Notes under the pieces: generated by a model | Databases searched by the model: none | What the model was told of the DNA's origin: nothing | Seen by the model: only the letters and a program-made list of their open reading frames with translations | Translations under genes and position numbers: made by a program | Shown here: positions 1 through 9,538 of the stretch, piece by piece | Numbering within the stretch: the stretch's first letter is position 1 | Layout of the letters: each line of letters starts with the position of its first letter | Origin: Wickerhamiella versatilis | Taxonomy: Eukaryota | Assembly: GCA_030867685.1 (NCBI GenBank) | Contig: JAQOWU010000004.1 | Coordinates: forward strand, 62,001-85,695 | DNA length: 23,695 bases | Reading direction: 5' to 3'

Positions 1-1149
1 AGGACAGCTCTTTCATTCGACGACAGTTTAGAGGGAAGTGCCGTTAGGTTGTAAAGGGAGGCACGATGGTCACCAAGTGCGATCGAGCATCGGTTGCTTG
101 ACGCAGTATAGGAGAGACCATTTATTGGATCCAGTATATCTTCCGCGGATAAGGGCCCGGTGACTCCCGCTGCCATCGCATTGCCAAAATAGCTCGTTGG
201 AACGATTGATCGCTTGCGGAGATCCACCGGCTGCACAAGCCGCCATTTTTTGCTGCTTTTGTCGAGGGACATATTTGACGACATTCGAATGCGCACGAGC
301 GCCCTGAATAGGATAGCAACAATGCAGTCGAGCGTTGAAACGTACGTGACTACATCACCAGCTGTAGGCTTGCAAAGATGCTTAAGCCTCATGGAATCAG
401 ACGCTATCATTCTGTACAATTTGCCAATGCAGGGTGGACCAGCTGGCTTCCTGGGAGAGAGAGGCATCAAGCTTAAGGATTTTGCAGATCCCATGCCTGT
501 CATTCTCAATAATCAGCTGCTCCCTAGTCTTCGAAGCAATCTCTGTAGTGGGAAAAATTGGAAGACGGTCGTAGCTGTAATCGAAATTGTTAGGCGAAGG
601 TGCGCTTCCCTCCATATAAGCTTTAGCGCATTTACAGATCTCCGTGATCGCTAAGCTCACAGATGATCCATCAGCAACCATGTGGTTCAGGACGATTGCT
701 AAGATTACACCCTCACCAGGAACGAAGTTCACCTGCACCAGACATACGGGTCGCTCGTTCATCTTAGCAGGATGATACGTCTCGGCTGGGAGAAGACACG
801 AGAGGTCAAGGTCATCTGGCGCAAATGACCGTTGAGCGAGATCATTATATGATTTGTACTCGCCTAATCTGAACTTGCGCATATTAACCTTTGGTGTACT
901 AGCAGGCGACATCCGTGGCAGCGGTCTCCCCATTTCGTCAAGAATAATTTTTGCCGCAAGGGGCGGAAGCCGCTCACATGCCTTTTCCAATCCGAGTTGC
1001 AGTGAATCAATCATATGTTGGTCGTCAGTGTCTGACGGCAACTTGTATATCACAAAGAAAGGCACTGGAACATCAAACATCATCATGTCTTGCACCGCCA
1101 ACGAGTATGGATCCGCTAACTGTCCGTCTGCTTCAGCTGATGGCTGCAT
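1..1149 (-). pseudogene. Frameshifted CoA-dependent acyltransferase (transferase/BAHD-like, trichothecene 3-O-acetyltransferase-like); runs off the window start
   Basis: ORF 397..1206 (likely ATG at 1149, MQPS) has the HxxxD motif HMVADG, PVCLVQVNFVPG and LQLGLEKACERLPPLAAKI. It stops at 397, but a shifted frame continues to base 1 with family motifs RLKHLCKP..YVSTLDCIVAILFRALVRIR..PVDLRKR..VPTSYFGNA. The frameshift lies at about 430-500 and could be a sequencing error. Confidence 0.75.
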
Positions 1150-1279
1150 GTCACTACTATTATAAAAAGTTTGGCGATGTAGCTGCCGCTGCTTTGTTAT
1201 GGGCACTGATGTCCTGTTGGGCTAGGGGGATTTTCACTTAGCTAGAGCTTGTTTGATTTAATGCTTTAGGTACGGTCCA

Positions 1280-1292
1280 TCCAACCAGTCTC
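1280..1292 (-). repeat. Short interstitial fragment of the 41-bp unit (GAGACTGGTTGGA)
   Basis: 13/13 match on the minus strand. Confidence 0.55.
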
Positions 1293-1366
1293 GTGCAGCG
1301 TTGAAAAGAGCCCCGCACTTTCGAAATGGGTCACAAGAGGTTATGAATGTTCTTTATATTGTTCCT

Positions 1367-1379
1367 GGCTATCTTGCAT
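1367..1379 (-). repeat. Short interstitial fragment of the 41-bp unit (ATGCAAGATAGCC)
   Basis: 13/13 match on the minus strand. Confidence 0.55.
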
Positions 1380-1563
1380 GCTCCTGATTAAGTTAGTACG
1401 CAGCTGGGGTAACCCTTACCATGTCGAAAGAGAGCGACTAACGTCGATGCCTCTAGAAACGAAAATTGCTCCTGCTATGCTAATAGGCAAAAAGCTCACC
1501 TTGTCGTTTTCGGTATTCTTCCAGGATTTTTCCACAATCTTGGCTAGGAATGAACCACAAATC

Positions 1564-1601
1564 ATCTTGCATTGTCCAACCAGTCTCGGGTAGTGAAGTG
1601 G
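1564..1601 (-). repeat. Interstitial near-full copy of the 41-bp unit
   Basis: ATCTTGCATTGTCCAACCAGTCTCGGGTAGTGAAGTGG, 37/38 match to the reverse complement of the terminal array. Confidence 0.95.
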
Positions 1602-1714
1602 ACCATCCCCCATCTCTATAGAAATAGTATTTTAGGATCCCTGAAACACAGAATTCCTTATCAAGAGAGTTGCTTACCAGGGTGACCCTAAACTACATAA
1701 GTACTATGCACAGG

Positions 1715-1738
1715 TGGACAATGCAAGATAGCCCACTT
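1715..1738 (+). repeat. Interstitial partial copy of the 41-bp unit
   Basis: TGGACAATGCAAGATAGCCCACTT, 24/24 match. Confidence 0.92.
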
Positions 1739-3428
1739 AAGATTAATGTAAAATTATACCGCAAATGGGTTTCAATTATACTGAATAACAAATGGCAGTA
1801 ATGATAAAGCCAGTATAAGCCAATTCGGGGCCCACGATAGGCTGGCAGCCTCAGTTACAATTACAGAATTATTGCATACAATAATCAATCCTGTCACTAC
1901 ATGAGCTTTTGGCTATCAAGGATTACAAATAGATCATCTGCACTCTCAGCAGCTGCATTCATTGACCAGAGAATATGTTCGTCTAGAGTCTCTGCTTGGT
2001 AAACATGTGTTTGTTGAACCGTGCACGATAACCTGATCTATCAGTCCCTATTCAGTGCATATATAAAGGGTTTAGACTCCGCTTGCGTTAGTATCTTTGG
2101 CTTTTCCATGCATATTAGGATCTATTGAGTTGACTGGTTGGATATTTGCATTCGTTACCAGCGTTTGTGTCTGTGGTAAATTCGTAGTCAAGCGTGTTCG
2201 CTCTCCTGGCCTTATATTCCTGATAGTTCTTGGTCTTTTTGCTTTACTTGATGCAAGATAGTCTAGCATCGATTTACTACTGAGCTACAGATAGAGTTGT
2301 GAACCTGAGCAGTTGACTTGAAATTTGCAATTTGTTTCCATAATATATAGACTGGCACTCAACTTAATTGGTCTAAGCACGTGGCGATTGCCACAATTAT
2401 CTCTCTTGCATGATAAATTGAGATGTATATTATCAAGTCAATCCATGGCAACAAGATGAGTAAATATTATTCCCTAGTTAGTCAAGCAATTTAGAGGCTA
2501 GCGGTGATATATATTGCATTGTCAAGTCAATGTATGTTATAAATTTATAATTCGTAATTTGGCAACGTAACGCTATGATTCTTATCCAAAACAAGGAGAA
2601 TTAATTACACATTCAGAGAAGAATGATAGGTATGCCCAGTCTTCCATAATAAACCAATAAAATAAGATATTTGAATTCCTCCCACGTATCTAATCGTATA
2701 ACTTACTATAGGCACAAGATCACACCTTCGTTCCTCGAGAAATTCAGAGACACAGACATCGCGAACAGGTAGCAACTCAAAAGAAGAAAAAAGGGCAGCT
2801 ACCAAATATAAGAAACTGCTCAAGATATTGCCGTTCAAAAACGAGACCGCTGATAACTTAGAAACCAGTTCTGTTCTTACCAATGGTCATTAATATTTGT
2901 GTTTCTTCATATATCCTTAATTAGACAAGAATTGAGAGACAAATAGTACACCACACATTTTTGCAACCAATCTCAGAAAAACATGCGCCAATGAAACCCT
3001 AATATATTCAGACAAACTCGGAACCACTTGCCTTCTACAATTTTGATGTCCTTGCGAAATGTAGGATTACGCCTGGCTTTGAGAGAGGGAAGAGTCACAG
3101 TATCCGATTACAGTACATATTGTTGGACCCTATTAAAGAAATCAGGTTTCCAGTAGAAGCCGCCCTTTTTGCTGGTCTCCAACCTATACCCTAAGCCTAA
3201 AAGATAAGGCGTCAGTCTGATTCGCTAGAAGTACTCTAAAAAGCAAATGAATCTAAAGAGCTTTAATAACTAGGAGGCATTCTAGAACCCTATTTTTTGT
3301 TATCTTTACCTCCCTGCATTCGCCGATATGATAATTAGTCAACGAGGTTGACGATCAATTAATAAGAGGCGAAATATAATCGCCCAGTCTTCTTGATATC
3401 TTCCTGCTCATACAGGAAGGGAAGAAAA

Positions 3429-5033
3429 ATGAGCGACGTCAAAGAAAATCGCGTACAATATCAGGTGGAACCGGTGAAAGGTGCCGATGCCAAACCTACA
3501 AAGAGTCTAGAAGAAGGTCATATGAGCAGTGTATGGTCGAACCAAAGTAATTCACAGCGTGCCATCAAGGAGCATGAGGATGGGGATCTTGCGCTAAAGT
3601 ATCTACACAACAATGTTCATGACGGCGAAAAGGTTCCACCTGATGTGCAGCGACGAATCATGTTTAAGACAGACGTGTATCTGTTCCTTTTCATGGGATG
3701 GTGCTACTGCCTCCAGCTTGCCGATAAAACATTGGTTAGTGGGTGCAGCGTTCTTGGCATTATAGAGGATCTTAATATGGTGGATAATCAATACGACTGG
3801 GTTACTAGTGGTTTTTATCTGGGGTATTTGGTGGGAGTACTGCCCATGGTGCTTCTGATGCAGAAATTCGGGGTGGCTAGATTTTCCTGTGTAGCCTACA
3901 TAGCATGGGCCGTGGTGCTCACAGTATCGGCTGCTAGTCAAAGTTATGCCGGTTATATGGTCACACGGGTCCTGATGGGCATCCTCGAATCCGTGATAAC
4001 CCCTGCGTTCACAACCATCACTGCGCAGTGGTTCCCCAGACGCGAGCATTTCAGCCGCACCTTGTTTTGGTTCGGCTGGGATGGCCTCGGAACCATACTG
4101 GTGAATGCCATTGCGTACGGATGTTACGTCCACCGAGAAAGCATGGACCTTGCACCATGGCGCATCCTGATCATTATATTTGGCCTGATGACCCTGGTTA
4201 CTAGCGTGGTATTCTACTTCCACATACCGGACACGCCGGCCCAGGCTTGGTTTCTGACTGAGGACGAGCGGGAGTGGCAGGTCCAGATGATTCGTGAAGC
4301 AAACTCATCTTCGGGTTACGGTACCCCGGTCATCAAGACGTATCAGATCACAGAAGCAGTTCTGGACCCCGCCACATGGCTGGCTGCCATGTACATGATC
4401 CTTTCTGATGTGCCAAATGGCGCGTCTACTGGGTTCTCCAATATCTTGCTTGAGGGTTTTGGATTTGACACTACCAAGAAGTCGCTACTTATGGGTCTTC
4501 CGTGCGGCGCCCTCTCCCTGGTGGGATGTCTGGTCACTGGCATCTGCTCCTTGTTTTTCTTTAAGAACCACCGGATGGTATATGCCATTTTCCACGCATC
4601 CGCCGATGTGCTGTGCTTCTGCCTCATGGCCTGGGGGCCGAACCGGGGATCTCAATTGTTCGGATACCTCGCCACGAACTGGACGAACCAGATCGGAATG
4701 CCGGCCCTCATGTCGAATATCGCCTCAAATACCGGCGGATTCACGAAAATGCTCGTTGTAGACGCTATCTTCAACGCAAGTTTTTCTGCGGGTAACATTC
4801 TGGGACCTCAATCCGTGCAAGACAAGGAGAGGCCTACATACAGAACAGCTAAGGCAACAATGGCAGGCTGCGATGCGGGCGGTTTGGTTATGATGGTGGC
4901 GCTGATGTTCCTGAACGTTTGGAGGAACTGGAGGCGGAGCAAGAGCGGTAAGAGGCTCCCTCCGGAGATCAAGGATCCCGAATTTGCCGATCTCACTGAT
5001 TTGGAGAACCCAGAATTCCGCTATGCTCTGTAG
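3429..5033 (+). CDS. MFS transporter, anion:cation symporter family (allantoate/ureidosuccinate permease DAL5-like)
   Basis: Intact ORF from ATG 3429 (MSDVK) with about 12 hydrophobic segments. Motifs: KTDVYLF..YCLQLADK, FYLGYLV, RVLMGILESVITPAF..TAQWF, FHIPDTPAQAWFLTEDER and the C-terminal FADLTDLENPEFRYAL typical of DAL5-family permeases. Confidence 0.9.
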   Translation: MSDVKENRVQYQVEPVKGADAKPTKSLEEGHMSSVWSNQSNSQRAIKEHEDGDLALKYLHNNVHDGEKVPPDVQRRIMFKTDVYLFLFMGWCYCLQLADKTLVSGCSVLGIIEDLNMVDNQYDWVTSGFYLGYLVGVLPMVLLMQKFGVARFSCVAYIAWAVVLTVSAASQSYAGYMVTRVLMGILESVITPAFTTITAQWFPRREHFSRTLFWFGWDGLGTILVNAIAYGCYVHRESMDLAPWRILIIIFGLMTLVTSVVFYFHIPDTPAQAWFLTEDEREWQVQMIREANSSSGYGTPVIKTYQITEAVLDPATWLAAMYMILSDVPNGASTGFSNILLEGFGFDTTKKSLLMGLPCGALSLVGCLVTGICSLFFFKNHRMVYAIFHASADVLCFCLMAWGPNRGSQLFGYLATNWTNQIGMPALMSNIASNTGGFTKMLVVDAIFNASFSAGNILGPQSVQDKERPTYRTAKATMAGCDAGGLVMMVALMFLNVWRNWRRSKSGKRLPPEIKDPEFADLTDLENPEFRYAL

Positions 5034-5376
5034 GAACATCGGGCGGCATCAACTACCATGATAATACTGGCTATAGGGATAGCGGCTTATTTATAATTTG
5101 ATTTTATAATAATTGCAATTAAATATTTAAATTTTTTTTATCTCACATGGATAGTTATATTCCTGGGGGCTTTTTCTTACTGCACTATTTCTATCCTGTT
5201 ACACTGCAAGATAGGTGGATATATTTATATATGGTCAAGCCAGCTAATTAATTACTTGATACTATTATAATACAACCAAAAAGAATGGCTTCGTGAGGCA
5301 TTGAGTAGTCTAACACGTAACCATAAATCTCGATTACACGAACCGAGCCAGTGCTTTGTTAATGTAAAGCTGAAAT

Positions 5377-5406
5377 CCACTTCACTACCTGGAAAAGATA
5401 GCCCAC
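5377..5406 (+). repeat. Internally deleted copy of the 41-bp unit
   Basis: CCACTTCACTACCTG (15/15) + GAA + AAGATAGCCCAC (12/12). Preceded by GCTGAAAT, as at 19959. Confidence 0.85.
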
Positions 5407-5516
5407 AGTTAAGACTCACATCCTCTTCGTGAATGGTTTTATCAAGCATGCCGCAATTGGCTCTTTTGATGTTCCCTATATCATGAACAATGTTTCTACA
5501 AAATTCCCTATATACC

Positions 5517-5555
5517 GGGCTCTCTTGCATTGTTCAACAAGTTTCAAGCAGTGAA
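5517..5555 (-). repeat. Decayed interstitial copy of the 41-bp unit
   Basis: GGGCTCTCTTGCATTGTTCAACAAGTTTCAAGCAGTGAA vs GGGCTATCTTGCATTGTCCAACCAGTCTCAGGTAGTGAA, 33/39 ungapped. Confidence 0.85.
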
Positions 5556-5677
5556 ACGAAATACAATATATGCATGAATGAACCTAATAGCGTAAATATA
5601 CATACAATGAGAAAGCATCTAGCAACAAATTCCATCATCTATCATTACCGATACTATGGTCGCCTAATGTCTGTACA

Positions 5678-6796
5678 CTAAATTGGTCCTAATGGCTCTT
5701 CGCTGCAGGCTAAGTTGCATTGGCGATAAATACGTGTTTCTCCAGGATAGAAGCTACCAGTAACACAGTGTAGCACTCCATGATTATTGAATAGTGCAAG
5801 GTCTCCCTCGTCCCAATCCACTGGGTAGACAAGTTCAGGCGCGATACCTGGACGCTGTAAGCGGTACACTATCTCACGTACCTCTGAAAGGTCGTCCATG
5901 ACAGTGCCATTAGCACAGTGTAGTTTCTCGACAGCCAATGGATGAATTTGCAGGGCCAGCTTACCTGTCACTGGATTGCGCCAGCACATAGGAAGAATCT
6001 TAATTTTGGAATCATCAATGGGTGGTAACTGTTCATAGCCCAGTTCGAGCCCCTGGGATATCATTCCAAGTCCATTCGAGCGAGACTTCGCATTTGAGAT
6101 CCAGATGTATGGGTGTGGGGCATACTGTACTCTTGTGGTACGAGCAAACTTCTTATCTTTCTCTGACAACAAGTCATACATGGTATATGAACTCACAAAT
6201 GCGGTTGACCCGCGTGGTACTCTGAGCGACTCGCTAGTGCCATCGTCGTAAAGTAGATTCTGGTGCCCAGCCTTGGGAACCCGAACTGCCATCAGTGAGG
6301 TTACACGGGGCGGGTTGAAGTCATAAAATGCAGCATCTATGTGCCACCGGAAGAAGCGCGTATACTCCCGGTCATTTTCCGGGGTGATATATGTTCTGTG
6401 GAATGTCCGATGGTGGGGATGCTTCAACGTAAAATTCTCGAGTCCCTCGAACTCAGCAACAGAGCCGTTGCCAATTACTTGAACTTGTGGCTGATGCGGT
6501 ATAGTTTTGGCATTGTGCTGAAGGATGGATTTTGCTGCATGGATTGTCTTTCCATGGCCATATTCCTGGACGCCAGGATCGAATAATCTCGTAAGCTCAT
6601 ATTGAGCTTTGGGTGAAAGGTGGTGCTGGCCCTTGAAGAGAATAAGTTGATTTTCATAAAGTGCATTTTTTATTACCTCAAAATCTGATGAAGTGATGTT
6701 CTCCAGGTCTGCACCCTGGAGTTCTGCACCGAAACTCACTTTGGAATGATTAGGAGTGGGGAGTGGATGCACAGTTATGCAGGATGTTGCGGCCAT
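5678..6796 (-). CDS. xanA: Fe(II)/alpha-ketoglutarate-dependent xanthine dioxygenase (TauD/TfdA family)
   Basis: Likely ATG 6796 (MAATS). Metal-binding HxD in RWHIDAA and distal His in FNNHGVLHCVTG. LKHPHHRTFH, YAPHPYIW and YRQCNLA resemble fungal XanA. Divergent from a purine permease. Confidence 0.85.
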   Translation of the reverse strand: MAATSCITVHPLPTPNHSKVSFGAELQGADLENITSSDFEVIKNALYENQLILFKGQHHLSPKAQYELTRLFDPGVQEYGHGKTIHAAKSILQHNAKTIPHQPQVQVIGNGSVAEFEGLENFTLKHPHHRTFHRTYITPENDREYTRFFRWHIDAAFYDFNPPRVTSLMAVRVPKAGHQNLLYDDGTSESLRVPRGSTAFVSSYTMYDLLSEKDKKFARTTRVQYAPHPYIWISNAKSRSNGLGMISQGLELGYEQLPPIDDSKIKILPMCWRNPVTGKLALQIHPLAVEKLHCANGTVMDDLSEVREIVYRLQRPGIAPELVYPVDWDEGDLALFNNHGVLHCVTGSFYPGETRIYRQCNLACSEEPLGPI

Positions 6797-7106
6797 GATT
6801 GACACTAGTAGCCTCTTTGCACAATAGTCAAGCAACCCAAGTTAGCTAGTCAGATACAAATGTGAATCAAAAAGCAAATATAAAAGGCTGCTGACATTGC
6901 TAGGCTTAGTCCATGGTGGGTTGGGAAGCTTGTCTCATTTAGGAGATGGGGTAAAGCAACCTTAAAAGAACTCAGCCATAATTTTTATGTAGTATACCCC
7001 TCTTAATTGTTGGTTTATTTTGCCCTAGCATGAGCCTGGTTGGATACAACTACGCTGCAGGGTGAAGGACCTGGGTCATGTGCCACTATCATTAGGGCTA
7101 GGTCTA

Positions 7107-7150
7107 CGCGGAGAGTCTTATCTTCTCCACGATATCTCTCACCGCGGAGA
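7107..7150. promoter_or_regulatory. Candidate regulatory cluster in the xanA/permease divergent promoter (CGG-containing repeats around a GATA site)
   Basis: CGCGGAGA at 7107 and 7143, an inverted TCTCCACG at 7124, and CTTATC (GATAAG on the minus strand) at 7117. Consistent with Zn2Cys6 plus GATA-factor control of purine catabolism, but not proven. Confidence 0.3.
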
Positions 7151-7342
7151 ATAAGAGGTAATAGAGTGGTGGCAATTGTTGATACAGACTAGCGAAAAAA
7201 TCCAATTAATCCCATCTTATACAGTGTAAATGCACAGCGGTAACAGTAAAGTGGTGAAGGACGATTCATTCAACCTGAAGTTAACGCCCCTTAGTAACCT
7301 CCGGTTATTTCACCCTGCTTAATCTACCTCTGGCAAGATAGA

Positions 7343-9184
7343 ATGTTGTTCAACAATAATTGTTCCAATTCCAACTCTATTTGGCATAACTTTAGGGTAT
7401 CTGCTAAGAACAAAAAGCACAAAGGTCGTGCAAACCCCCTACCCCCACCAGCTCAGCATGCACCCACAAATACGTTGCGACGGATGTGGAGGGAGATATA
7501 CCATATGTTTTGCACTTATGATGGTATTATCGGTGATGAAGTGGACTACTTCTCTTTATTTAGGCCCACTATCCCCTTCACTAAATGGAAATCACAGGCC
7601 CCTCACTTTTTTTCTTTACACTCGCGTCCCCCCCTACTATTGACAATAATTCTCGGATTGCAACACGCAATGGCAATGATGGGAGGTCTTATATCTCCAC
7701 CTCTGATGTTTGCCTCAGCTGCTAACTTAGAGGATCCAGATAAAGAGTATCTCGTATCTTGCGCATTGCTGGGTGCGGGTATTCTTACCCTGATTCAACT
7801 TCTGAGGGTCCACATTCCCTACACGAAGCTCTATATTGGGACGGGTATGATCTCTGTTTTGGGAGAGTCATTTGGTGTAGTTCCAATTTTTCAAGATATG
7901 GTTCCTCGAATGTATGCAAGTGGCTTTTGCCCCACAGATGGTGATGGTAATAAGCTGCCATGTAGAGAAGCTTATGGCGCCTTTTTAGCAACAGGAGCGC
8001 TCTGTGCGCTGCTTCAGGTGGTATTATCGCTTTTACCACCTCGTATACTTGAACGTGTTTTTCCACCGATAGTTGTAGGGGCAGTGGTTCTGCTAACCGG
8101 TGCAGCACTCGCAGCGTCAGGTGTACAGGATTGGGCAGGTGGCTCAAGCTGCATGTCTGGCGGACTCTGCAATTCCAGTGTACCTAATCATACACACCCA
8201 TGGGGATCTGGGCAATGGATTGGACTGGGATTCGTGGTTATAGTTGCTATAATACTATGTGACAAGTTTGGTTCCCCGATCATGAAGTCCTGCTCTATTT
8301 TTATTGGCCTTTTGGTGGGATGCATCGTCGCAGCTGCAACAGGCTACTTCCAGCACGAATCCATTGATGTGGCTCCTAACGGCCAATTTGTGTGGGTGAG
8401 GACTTTCCCATTGAAGCTTTATGGTCCTGCAGTTCTCCCATTGTTAGCTATATACCTCGTCCAGATTATGGAGTCTATTGGCGATATAACGGCCTCAGCC
8501 GATGTTTCACGGCTCGAAGTTGAGGGTGAGGAATTTGAATCGCGGGTTCAAGGCGGCCTAATGGCCTCAGGCTTGGCCTCTATTGTAGGGGGATTAATGA
8601 CCTTGACACCAATGGCGACATTTGCTCAAAACAATGCAGTAATATCGATGACTCAAGCCCCTTCACGATGTGTGGGCTTCGCCTGTTGTTTTTTTCTCAT
8701 CATCATGGGCGTTGTGGGCAAGTTTAGTGCAGCCATTGTTGCCATTCCACACGCAATTATAGGAGGAATGACTACTTTTCTTTTCACAGCTGTGGGAGTG
8801 AGTGGGCTGGCCATTGTGTCTAAATCCACTTTTAACCGTCGTGACAGAATGGTCCTCGGAATAGGCCTGACCTTTGGCTTTGCTTCGCTAATGGTTCCGT
8901 CTTGGTTCTCAGGAGTATTCACATATAAGGGAGATAATGTTGGCAAGCAGGGTTTCATAAATGCTATTGTAACTGTTGTCGAAACTCCATATTGCATATG
9001 TGGTATAGCAGGAGCATTGGCAAATGTTTTCTTGCCGCCCCAGGACGATATGCCAGAGTTACTCGAAGGGAAGGATCCTCATCCTGATAAGATCCCCAGT
9101 AAGTGGGAGACGGTGAAGTCCAGGATGCAAAAAGGATTTGATATTGAGCCTACTGGCAAGACGGTTACGGTTCTTCCTGATTAG
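7343..9184 (+). CDS. NCS2/NAT family uric acid-xanthine permease (UapA/UapC-like)
   Basis: LGLQHAMAM (TMS1 QH), FPPIVVG, MESIGDITAS and the NAT signature region FAQNNAVISMTQ. The start is uncertain; a small 5' intron is possible. Confidence 0.92.
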   Translation: MLFNNNCSNSNSIWHNFRVSAKNKKHKGRANPLPPPAQHAPTNTLRRMWREIYHMFCTYDGIIGDEVDYFSLFRPTIPFTKWKSQAPHFFSLHSRPPLLLTIILGLQHAMAMMGGLISPPLMFASAANLEDPDKEYLVSCALLGAGILTLIQLLRVHIPYTKLYIGTGMISVLGESFGVVPIFQDMVPRMYASGFCPTDGDGNKLPCREAYGAFLATGALCALLQVVLSLLPPRILERVFPPIVVGAVVLLTGAALAASGVQDWAGGSSCMSGGLCNSSVPNHTHPWGSGQWIGLGFVVIVAIILCDKFGSPIMKSCSIFIGLLVGCIVAAATGYFQHESIDVAPNGQFVWVRTFPLKLYGPAVLPLLAIYLVQIMESIGDITASADVSRLEVEGEEFESRVQGGLMASGLASIVGGLMTLTPMATFAQNNAVISMTQAPSRCVGFACCFFLIIMGVVGKFSAAIVAIPHAIIGGMTTFLFTAVGVSGLAIVSKSTFNRRDRMVLGIGLTFGFASLMVPSWFSGVFTYKGDNVGKQGFINAIVTVVETPYCICGIAGALANVFLPPQDDMPELLEGKDPHPDKIPSKWETVKSRMQKGFDIEPTGKTVTVLPD

Positions 9185-9538
9185 ACTCGGTATACCTTTT
9201 TTATTAGGTACTACCATAGGTTGAAAAGGTATAGGTTTCAGGATTATATTTACCAAGACATCATGCATCTTCTGGAAGCTAGTTGGCGTGGCTTATCCAT
9301 TGGTATCTCATAATCGGGCAGTAAAGACGAACGGACTTCATAATAAGACCCTACTGTTTATGGCGTCATTCCTGTGGGTTTGGGTTGTATCGTTGTTAAT
9401 TATTCCATAATTCCACGGAGCTAGAGGTATTATCTAAATCAGTACAAAAAAGGAGCAAGACTATTTTCTTTTGTTTGCAGGCATAAGCTGGAGCTTTAAG
9501 TTTGCTACAATCAGAGAAAAGCATTATCCCACAAAAGA

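Noticed and set aside
2072-2883. Short ORFs 2072..2269 and 2605..2883 and recurring TCAAGTCAA-like words near 2315-2530
   Set aside because: No homology recognised, and the motif is too short and AT-rich to support a call
3603-5039. Antisense and alternate-frame ORFs overlapping the MFS gene (likewise those within xanA, the permease, protease, lipase, esterase and DHA1 genes)
   Set aside because: Shadow ORFs of real genes with no recognisable motifs
2132-7341. Shorter matches to the unit (2132-2142, 2251-2261, 2514-2523, 5201-5214, 7031-7044, 7333-7341)
   Set aside because: Exact matches of 9-11 bp, or 14 bp with a mismatch, are individually near chance expectation in 23 kb. Some may be real older scars.
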